This document shows, piece after piece, positions 54,156-64,000 of a stretch of 64,000 bases of DNA. The notes below the pieces were generated by a model. That model ran no database searches. It was not told where the DNA came from and saw only the letters and a list, made by a program, of their open reading frames with translations. Both the position numbers and the translations under genes were made by a program. Positions within the stretch are counted from its first letter, which is position 1. Each line of letters opens with the position of its first letter. The stretch spans positions 33,418,001 through 33,482,000 of the forward strand of contig OX597820.1 in the NCBI GenBank assembly GCA_951406725.2. Reading direction: 5' to 3'. This DNA comes from Octopus vulgaris (lineage: Eukaryota).

Positions 54156-54879
54156 ACGTCTTGTTTGTGTTCGTACTCATTTTGCCCCGCTGCTTGGAAT
54201 TTTATTTTAATTCTCTCGCAGGAAGGCCTGTTGGATTAGTGTTCTGTCTATGCCTTCGAAACATGCCTGACTCCACTAGCGACAGATGATGACGGGGGTT
54301 TTGTCCTTGTGTAGCCCGTCCTGTAATTGTTTTTCGTTTTTCGTTTTCTTGTTTTTTGTTTTTTGGTTTTTTCCGTTTCTACGTCTTATTGTGATGTCCT
54401 GTACTCACGTATAATTATTTATATATGCATGTATATATACATGTAGATGTAGGTACGTACATATATGTTTGTATGTATGCATATATTTTTATTTATCACC
54501 TATATATATATATATATTAGAGAAAAACTATTATTATGCCATTGAAATAATGATAGACATAAACCAAATGAATAAACAATATACAATAAACGATATACAA
54601 TAAGTATATAATACTTATTGTATATTGTTTATTTATTAAGTAATATACACTAAGTATATAATACTTAGTGTATATTGTTTATTCATTTTTGTACTTTTTG
54701 TGATCTAGTTATATGTTTTAAAAAATATTTTATTTTTTATTTATGATTTGGTTTATGTCTATCATTGTTTGAATTGCATAATAGTAGTTTTTCTCAAATT
54801 TATATATTATATATTTATAATGTGAAATTTGATTTAATACTAAATTGAATCTTTCACTGTAAGTTTGGAGTTATACTCC

Positions 54880-54903
54880 CTATTATTATTATTATCGTTA
54901 TTA

Positions 54904-54940
<37 letters not shown>

Positions 54941-54941
54941 G

Positions 54942-55004
<63 letters not shown>

Positions 55005-55010
55005 GTGTAA

Positions 55011-55085
<75 letters not shown>
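54880..55085. repeat. (ATT)n/(AT)n microsatellites; similar tracts at 50960-51170, 57703-57882, 58435-58560, 59840-59910
   Basis: Direct reading; these generate the low-complexity ORFs in the track. Confidence 0.95.
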
Positions 55086-55087
<2 letters not shown>

Positions 55088-55260
55088 AATATTAGGGAAT
55101 AAATCCAAATTTACAGGGAAAAAAATCAGATTTAGGATTAAATCCAATTTTATAGTAAAATATTATATAATATTAATTAGAGACAAAACCACTATTTTGC
55201 AAAACAAACAAGGAAAGACTTAATCAATACATAACATTTTAATAAAAAGTAAAAAAACCG

Positions 55261-55303
55261 CCACTACAATTGTTTCATGTCCTGATCGACAATCTTCAGG
55301 TGG
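55261..55303 (-). ncRNA. Type-I hammerhead ribozyme motif in an AT-rich Penelope-like terminal repeat
   Basis: CCAC-CTGAAGA-T TGTC gatcag GACA T-GAAA-C AATT G-TA-GTGG: all three stems pair, GUA site. Confidence 0.75.
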
Positions 55304-55732
55304 ATTTCCAATCTAAAATATCAATATTTTAAAATATAAGTATAAAAATAATAATTTAAAAATAATTAAAGTATCAATGAAAAATATAAATATATAATCT
55401 ATATATAACCTATATATAATCCATATATAATCAATATATAAACTAAAGTAAACCTATCAACAATTAAATATAAAACAAAATAAAAATAAACTATATATAC
55501 ACCCATACACATATAACTAATTATATATAACCATATCTAAATACATACACTAAATCACACACCTATATATATATCCCTATACATATACATAAAAACGTCT
55601 AGGCAACGATAAATAAATAAAATAGCCAAATACTTCAACACAATACTTATTCATACTCCCTCACACACACATACAACCCACATTCATAAACAATATACGT
55701 ATACCCGCTCTGCAAAATAGTTATTTTGTCTC

Positions 55733-55767
<35 letters not shown>

Positions 55768-55970
55768 CTCTGAGCGAAATGTAAACAGTATCAGCACGAC
55801 ATCGTGAAGTATATTTGCCACCTAAATGTGGCTGACCCATATGGGACGATGCTACTGTAGTTTATAGCCTTAAAAAGACATCTCCTCCAGCTGGATAATG
55901 ACACACTGTCTGTGCCCTATCAGTATTTGCAAAGGGAAATCATCGTTCCCATCTCTAGCTTGATATGATA

Positions 55971-56015
55971 CACACGAACCCGGGTTTCTGAGTAGTAACT
56001 CGTCATCAGTGCGTG
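55971..56015 (-). ncRNA. Type-I hammerhead ribozyme motif, slightly degenerate
   Basis: CACGCA-CTGATGA-C GAGT tact ACTC A-GAAA-C CCGG G-TT-CGTGTG; mismatch at the first stem-I pair. Confidence 0.6.
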
Positions 56016-56149
56016 ACCATCACTGGCCAGGGATTGATTATTTATTATGATCACGTGGATCGAACATAGAGGAGACAGCACAGGACGTTACAAAACATGA
56101 AGATTGTGAGTTAGTTTGCAATAAGCGAATATGTATTTACAATGAATGT

Positions 56150-57200
56150 ATTTACAATTTTAATGAAAATGTTTTTAAAATTTTGGCCGGGGAGTCCAAC
56201 GGCTACACCGTACGGATTTACTATGTATTTAAGCAGGGTCTCTCACACCCAAGTTCCTCACCACATCTTTCCATCTTTTCTCGTATATGCTTCGCGACAG
56301 GCGTCCTCTCTCCAGCCCTATCTTGCTCTTCAGATAATATCTGAAATAGTAGAGCAAACCAGACCCAGAGATAAAAGTTCCCGTCGTCACTCCTTTCATC
56401 CTCGTGGCATTCCCTTCTTTTGACAATCCGCCTCCTTTTTCTGCATTTGCAGAATGGACATTTTCCCTCCATGTCGTACAACACGGCTGCTGCCATCCAT
56501 AAAACATCCAACCCGGCTGGAATTTCCTCCACTTTGATTATCACAGTTCTTCTGCCTAAATAAGTTGGCAGGAGAATTATGTCTGCATTTTTTAGTGCCA
56601 GTGTAGACAGTTCTTTAGCTGTACTTTCGTCAGCGAATTGTGCTTCCACTGTAGCACTTTTTAAACCTCGCCCAACGTATTTAATTCTGTTCCAAATGAG
56701 CTGTAAACATTTATCGATGAGTTCGCTTTTCACCGACATTTTTCTTTTTTCTTTCATACTGTACGTCTTCTAGAGACAGTCTTGGCAGCTATATTTTGTA
56801 GTGTTTCCTGGGGAGGGAGTAACTTGGTGTCATTACCTGTTTTCTAAATCATGTTACGATATTTGAACAGTTCCGCCATGGACACGTTCAAATATACCAT
56901 GTTGCCGCCAACGGCAGCCGAAAAAGTAGTTTTTTCCTTTTCAACCTGTCTTATACTTTGGTTTACATTCTCTGTAGCCTTTTCCATCTCTGGGAAATCG
57001 AGAATTGATTCAAGTCAAAATCCATAGGATACTCAAATGGTATTTTCTGTCCCGCAGGGCGAAAATTGCCGTTATCGACACGAACGACATTCAAATCACA
57101 CAGGTGCAAAAATTACAAGTGGGAGACAAGCACTTCCACCCGGCTAAAAGGGATGAGTCTCCTTGGAAAATTCGTCTCTTGACTAACTTTCCCTAAGTTT
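56150..57200 (-). mobile_element. Probable ORF1-like region of a non-LTR retrotransposon, disrupted
   Basis: 178-aa ORF 56221-56757 with plausible coding composition (LLPTYLGRRTVIIKVEEIP) and frameshifts; no splice structure; family assignment is inference. Confidence 0.35.
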
Positions 57201-57209
57201 TATCATCTG

Positions 57210-57260
<51 letters not shown>

Positions 57261-57701
57261 GAGTGAGAGAGCAGTGCAATGCCATCAAAGTGACACTGGA
57301 GTAAAATATACGAAGCCCAGTATACCCATCATGACTACCCCTCTGACAGGGGTACACTAGGCACATGCATCACAACCATATGTGCGTGACATGGTGATCT
57401 CATATCAAGATAAACGGCACATAACCTTGTAGGTAGGGCCCAGTTAGAATTTTTTTCAGGTCGAGTAGCCCATCCCGCTCAAAAGGTCTCTGAATAAGGA
57501 TTGTTTAAGGATGTTGAAAGAAACACCCATGTTTCCAAAGGTGAATTATCCAAACCCCAAAGAATTCCTCTCAACACATGGCTATGATGCTCCCCTACTA
57601 TTTCTACTCGTGATCAGAGATGCACAGATCGTCAGAAACTAAGGGACATGCTCACCTGGTTAAGGTCAAACTAATCTGTGGTATTGAGCAGAATATTTGC
57701 T

Positions 57702-57763
<62 letters not shown>

Positions 57764-57793
57764 GTTGTTGTTGTTGTTGTTATTATTATTGTT

Positions 57794-57847
<54 letters not shown>

Positions 57848-58074
57848 GTTGTTGTTGTTGTTGTTGTTGTTGTTATTATTATTAATGCGGAGAGTTGGCA
57901 CGCCGGACAAAATGTTTAGTGGCATTTTGTCCGTCTTTAAGTTCTGAGTTCGAATGCCGCCGAAATTAACTTTGCCTTTCAGCTATTCGGAATCGATAAA
58001 ATAAGTACCAGTTGAACACTGGAATCGATATGATCAACTGCTCCTACCCGCAAAATTTCAAGTCTTGTGTCTAC

Positions 58075-58195
58075 TGTAGGAGTCTGGTTCAGAAATGGGC
58101 AGAGAGGAAGCTGTACCTGAAAGGTCGGACAGTGCTTGTGAACGCCTACAACGGTCCCGTAAACATTTATCGCCTGACCGTCTTGCCTTGCCCCA
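58075..58195 (+). mobile_element. Short Tx1/L1-clade RT fragment
   Basis: QKWAERKLYLKGRTVLVNAY...IYRLTVLPCP. Confidence 0.55.
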
Positions 58196-58432
58196 TGGTT
58201 ATGATGCCCCCCACCACCCACTATTTCTGTCCGTGATCATATCGTCAGCCACTAAGGGACATGCTCAACTGGTTAAGGTCAAACAACTGACAAGCAAATC
58301 TTTGGTATTGAGCAGAATATTTGCTGTAGCCCATCTTCTACACCAAGACAAAACAATGCACATGATAACACTTCGAATCAGTTAAAATCAGAAACCATGA
58401 GACCCACTGCTTGCTATTGCATCAGGGCATTT

Positions 58433-58554
<122 letters not shown>

Positions 58555-59126
58555 CATTATTTCATATATGCATTAGATTTTCGTTCCAACTTCTGTTAGT
58601 GATAGTTTCTGAAATCTGATAGTTTCTGAACTGATCTGAGCCTTTTGCTTTCATTAAAAAAGAAAGAAACCTCCCCTTCTAGCAATTATTCCCAGATCCG
58701 CGAGTAACTGGGCATTACGCACAGAGAAAAGATTTTTTGCGACATGTATAAAAGGGACAAAATTCGGTTTGTGGTCTGTAGAAGTTATTTCCCTTAGCAT
58801 CTCTGTACTGCAAGTTTAACATAAGTTTAACATAAAACTAAAAACTTCTAGCGGGGTCATGTTAGTCGATTACATTGACCTTAGTATTTAACTGTTACTT
58901 TTTATTTTCGAAGCCGAAAAGATTAAAAGATAATAGAAGATAACAATTATAGGATTTTATGGGACTTCATCATAAAGACTGATCAAACAATGGTTCCGGT
59001 TTCAGTCCTGCTGCGCGGCATCTTGGCTAAATATCTTTTGCTATAGCCTTGGGCCAACCAAAGATTTGTGAGTAGATTTGGTAGACAGAAAATGAAAGAT
59101 GCCAACTTAGTCTCATTTTCACGTTT

Positions 59127-59812
59127 TATTGGGTTGTCTGGAAAGTTCGTGCCGACTTTTAAAGGAATGAAAAAGGTCAATAAATACTTGGCATTACATT
59201 TTTAATCAACCAAATATGTACCATTTTGTTGCACAATGCGTCTCCATCTTTCCTTTAACTTGAAAATACCCTCTTCCCAGAGTTGAGGTGGTTTCATAGC
59301 AAAGAATTCATCAAGGTATCTTTTTACGTCATTCAAGGAATTGAAATTTTTACTATTAAGACTATTCCGCAGAGACCTGAATAAGTGGAAATCCGAAGGA
59401 TCAATATCTGGTGAATATAGAGGGTGAGGTAACACATCCCAGCCGAGCTGCAGCAATTTTTGTCTGGTTCCCAAAGCATCAAGTGCCGAAAATGAACTTT
59501 CTTATCTTCCATTTTAAAGGGTTGCAAAATTAACACAGGTTATAAGAACATAAACCTTCTTCCACGAAAAGATAGCTTAAACTGTGCTTTAAATGGCGGT
59601 GTAGTCAAATCCTATTTTATGGACTCAACCATATTCTAAAATTAGTTGAAAGGTAAGCTACTATAAATCGGCGCGAACTTTCCGGACAACCGGAAAGATG
59701 GAGACGCATTGTGCAACAAAATGGTTCATATTTGGTTGATTAAAACTCTAATGGCAAGTATTTATTGACCTTTCCTTTAAAAGTCGGCACGAGCTTTGCA
59801 GACAACCCAATA
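59127..59812 (-). mobile_element. Internally deleted mariner with an additional inverted end segment
   Basis: LPHPLYSPDIDPSDFHLFRSLRNSL; TIR-like sequences at 59127, 59668-59691 and ~59785-59812. Confidence 0.88.
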
Positions 59813-59838
59813 TATATATGTATGTATATATGCGGATA

Positions 59839-59914
<76 letters not shown>

Positions 59915-59948
59915 GTGTATGTATACGTAGTGAGTATGTATATATATA

Positions 59949-60180
59949 TACGAGGGACGTTCAATAAGTAATGTCCCTGATCCACTTGCAGTTGTTTGAT
60001 CTAGCTAAAATTTTGCACCTGCAATTATTTATATCTCTATAGATTAAGTGGTAAATTACAGCTCTGAACTAATCGTGGTTTCTGATTTACAGGTGTTTGA
60101 ACTGAGTCAAGTGTGAAATGGAACCTGTTGAGTGTCGAGCAGTGATCCGGTTTTTGTATTTGAAAGGACGCTCACCACGT
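59949..60180 (+). mobile_element. mariner 5' end fragment
   Basis: tacgagggacgttcaataagtaatg terminus; ATG at ~60118 reads MEPVECRAVIRFLYLKGRSPR. Confidence 0.65.
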
Positions 60181-61183
60181 AAATTTTAATATTTCTCGTA
60201 TATTTTAATATTTTTCGTATATTGTAATATTTTACCAAGTATTCATATATATCATATTTTACATTTTATTGCAAGGTATTTATTTTAGAAGCTTATTTAT
60301 GTTAACATTAAAATGTTGTAATATACGAGGAGTTGTTGGTAAAAACCAATAACTTTTCGTATACTTTAATGTTTAAATGTTTTGCACAGTTTCCTCCCTT
60401 TAGCTATATTTCAGAAAAATGAAACTTTTTAATGTAAAGTATAGAAGCCATCTTATCATGGCTAACCACATTGGGGAGGGGGTGTTACTGTAGCTTTATA
60501 GCCCCAAGAGATCTTCGTCTCTAGCTGGCTTTAGACACAATATCAGTGTCCTTGGAGTGTTTGCAAAGGGAGGCCATCCCTTCCTCGCAAGCCTGAGTGA
60601 TACGTTCGAACTAGATTCGGGATTGTTGTCCCTCGTCAAATTATTTTTTCAAGTAGAAATTATCTTAGAAGTATTCATAACATAGTAACAGATGCCTCAC
60701 CGTACGTATCTATATTTATTTTTAATATCTCCCTTAGTATTATCTTAAATTTGTTTTGTATTTCATTGATTAGTTTTAACTGACCCGATAGAACGCCATT
60801 GTTGTTAAATATTAGCTGACTAATTAAATTGTAAAATTGACATTGATCTTACCCCACTTAACATAGGGGTATTATGGTGACATTCTTTTGTTAATACATA
60901 ATAACACCACACTTAATTTAATTATACCCAAATTATTTCTTTATTAATATAATTTCTAATGATTCCCCAAACTCTGTTTATCATAACTAAATTTTATTGC
61001 ATAGTTTTTAGTTTCTAACTAATGACCCCTGTTATAAGGATCATCCCATTAACTCCCACCCTATAACGTTCATCTTACTATTTCCCCCATCAAATTGAAA
61101 TAAGATGTGATCTCACAACCGCTGGATATTACCTTGGGTTTTATTTTTATACTTTTTTGAATTTTTAATTCTTACCATTATGG

Positions 61184-61283
61184 ACTCTCTCATGAAGCTT
61201 TGGGGTTCAATTTTTGTATAATTTTTCTATGATGTGTCAACTTTGGCATGCTGGACCCCCGAAATAGAAACAGCTGTAAGAGT
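61184..61283 (+). ncRNA. Hammerhead-like motif with extended stem II and mutated core (CTCATGA)
   Basis: ACTCT-CTCATGA-...GGGGTTCA...TGGACCCC...-GAAA-C AGCT G-TA-AGAGT; perfect 5-bp stem I. Confidence 0.55.
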
Positions 61284-61420
61284 AGAGTTGTATTCGTTTA
61301 TTTATGTATTTATTTATGTATTTATTTATTTATTTATTTATTTATTTATGATTGTAATTAATAAATTGATCTTGCTGATGTTTGTCAATTGAATATCTTC
61401 TCCATTTCCTGCCTTGCCTA

Positions 61421-61476
<56 letters not shown>

Positions 61477-61499
61477 TTGCTATTATGTTAAACTGTCGT

Positions 61500-62440
61500 A
61501 TCTGCAAATTTGGCCAAATGCGTTTTTTTTTTGGGTGGGGGGTTCAGTTTTAATTTTTGCTTGAAATAGCCAGGTATTTTGGTCAAGTTATCGTATCTTC
61601 AGCTGCTTCTGATACAAATATATCAAAAATTGTCAGTGTCGTACAACGTTTTTGCTATGGAATGGTGAAACTACTTTTTCTTTTTCTGAAGAAGCAACGT
61701 TTTGGACTTACAACATTTGTGCATAATGGCAACGATATATATATATATATATATATATCGTTGAAATTTTAAAGTGATATACTTGAGATCACCAATAACT
61801 ACATGAGAAGAGCGTTTGTCAAGTAGGACCACCTCTTGTCTTCCAGATTCCTGCAAACGACGATCCCAATATCTGAGCTATCTCCCAAAGATTTTATTCT
61901 GTCATCCAAGCATTGGTTGAAAAGTCGTACTGAATCGGAAGCATTTTGACCTTTTTGAAGCATCTTGGCGAACCAGCCTTTCAAATTAAGGGCAAGTCTT
62001 CTTTGTCTCCATTCATGTTGCAGGCCACCATCAAGGTCACACGGTCCTTTGCCGTCTTAAAGCTCCTTACAGTTTTCTTGAAACTCTCGTTGACATATGT
62101 ATTTCTTGGTAATGCATGAAAGTAGATCCCAGTTTCATCAGCATTGTAGATGTCCTGTGGCTGAAACGATTTCAACAGAAACTGTATGGTTGTCTCACAA
62201 AATTGATGGGCTCCCTCGACGTCAGCTTTAGCCATATCACCAGCAAAGTTCACCAAGATGCTTCAAAAATGATAAAATGCTTCCGATTCAGTACGACTTT
62301 TCAACCAATGCTTGGATGACTGAAAATTCTATATATGGAAGATGGCTCAGATCTTGGGATCGTCTTTTGCAGGAATCTAGAAGACAAGAGGTGGTCCTAC
62401 TTGACAAATGCTTTTCTCATATAGTTATCGGCGATCTGAT
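61500..62440 (-). mobile_element. pogo/Tigger (CENP-B-like DDE) transposase remnant with internal inversion
   Basis: PQDIYNADETGIYFHALP...KDRVTLMVACNMNG; 62248-62437 is an inverted, diverged copy of ~61783-61974. Confidence 0.85.
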
Positions 62441-62900
62441 CCAAGCAGTATTTTGTCATTTCTTTCATTGAGTACTCAATCACATCATCGTCATAGAATA
62501 GCTCAAATAATTCCACTTCATTAAAATCCCTGTATTTTGAATAGTTACACCCAGGAAAAACGGAGGGCATCACTTGTATTTTAGCCTTTTTCCAAGTAAT
62601 TTGGCATTTTTTTCTTTTTTTTCCCCGCACATGAAGCCTGTCCAGTTTCAGCAGAACTTTCTTTCTGTGCCATTTCGTTATCTTTTATTTTCGTACTTCG
62701 TGATTGCAACACTGTAGGGGCGCGAAGTTGGTTACCTGAGAGATGTTGAGTGTGTTGAACGGTGTCAGCAGCTTCTTTTCCTGAATCCTCATCTGTCAAT
62801 TCAATAACTTCCGGAGGTTCAATGAAAATATCATATTAGCCGTCATCTTCCTATTCAAGAATACTCAAAATTTCATTTAAAGACTGTTCACGTTTCCTGA
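62441..62900 (-). mobile_element. piggyBac/PGBD-like transposase N-terminal remnant
   Basis: IFIEPPEVIELTDEDSG...HLSGNQLRAP and LFELFYDDDVIEYSMKEM...YC. Confidence 0.7.
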
Positions 62901-63539
62901 AAAAAATACACAATAGTGAAAAACTAGAAACTTTAGCACTCAGATGTGCAGACTTCCACCAAGCAGCATGCCCCTCTCCTATCCCCATAGTTTGGTTTAC
63001 ACTGGATCACCTCCAAACTCTAAACATGTGTTCCTTGAACATTTCCTGAAAATTTAATCAAAATCCATCCATAACTCTTACATTTATGTTGCTAACAAAC
63101 AGACGCCGGCGAAAACATAGCATCTTTGGCGGAGGTAATAACACATATAATAAGAGAAACTTATGCCTCCATTGTTGAAAGTTCATGTTCAAAAGAAAAA
63201 ACCCAAAAATATAGGAAATAGCACATGTTGTACTGTGTATTTTCTCGCGGTGCCATATGGCACAGTAAAATAATTCAACAAAACAAACGTTACTGCAATA
63301 GATCTTATGCGAACACATACAATTCTAATTATAATTCTAGACTATATGAATCAAAATGCCAAGAAGTTATTAATTCAATGCTTAAATGTTGTAGAAAGTA
63401 TAGCGCTAAATCCTAGTATAACATCTAAAGAAAATAAAAAAACAGAAAAAAAAACAAAGAAAGATAAAAAAGGAAAAGAGAGTAAAGGAGTGGTAAAGTA
63501 GCAGAAGGTGGATGTCAGAGGACAATTGACTACACACCC

Positions 63540-63765
63540 CGGAACAAATGACGTGCTCAACCGCGCCACGTAATTATGGCCGTGATGGCATTGCCGCGGA
63601 GAACGGCCAACGAAATACGTTGCCGCAGCCACTTTACCTCGCAGGGCTCATTTCTCTGACGGGTCGCCGTTATCTCGATTTTGCCGAGGGAATCGGTCGT
63701 ACGGGATCCTAGAACACCTGACACCTCGATGGCGATCGGCACAAACGGGTAGCGGCCATTCATAT
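63540..63765 (-). mobile_element. C-terminal restriction-like endonuclease fragment of an RLE non-LTR element (CRE-like)
   Basis: FVPIAIEVSGVLG...LRQRISLAVLRGNA. Confidence 0.7.
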
Positions 63766-64000
63766 CCCTATATCAATCGATTGTTCTCTCCTTCGCGTTA
63801 CGGGTGGTTCCCAACTGAGGTCCACATGACCCCCTAGGGGTCCATGTAAGCTTTTGGGAGTCCACATAAGCAAAGTAGTAAGTTAGGTCCCAAATAATAT
63901 TTCATGGGTGCATGAAAAATTTTTCTTTAGATGTATTTAATGCAAGAAAAAGCTAGGTTTCAACCTTAACAAGAAAATGAGTGATAAAAAGGAAGAATAA

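Overview
AT-rich, repeat-dense eukaryotic DNA whose SINE, microsatellite and transposon content looks like a coleoid cephalopod (Octopus-like); the taxon is an inference from repeat families. The only host gene I can support is a UCH-L1/L3-family ubiquitin C-terminal hydrolase on the minus strand, which the ORF track misses. Four coding exons (43895-43845, a 12-nt micro-exon at 35585-35574, 19958-19833, 7164-7029) splice in frame to MASDSKQFWIPLESNPE-VLNK-FSWNVGVP...LLYPLTQK-AIDNP...[23 protein letters not shown]..., and the gene presumably continues left of the window. The rest is tRNA-derived SINEs, RTE/Tx1/CR1-like/CRE-like LINE remnants, mariner, pogo/Tigger, piggyBac, hAT, Helitron-like elements, MITEs and microsatellites. 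The most striking structure is a ~3.9-kb imperfect palindrome (47017-50959). Its core is a near-identical ~556-bp non-coding unit repeated 2.5x direct plus ~1.2x inverted, and each copy carries a type-I hammerhead ribozyme motif (retrozyme/Penelope-like). Several more sequence-unrelated hammerhead motifs occur across the window, some on the sense strand of the UCH pre-mRNA. All structures were read by eye; no folding or database searches were run.
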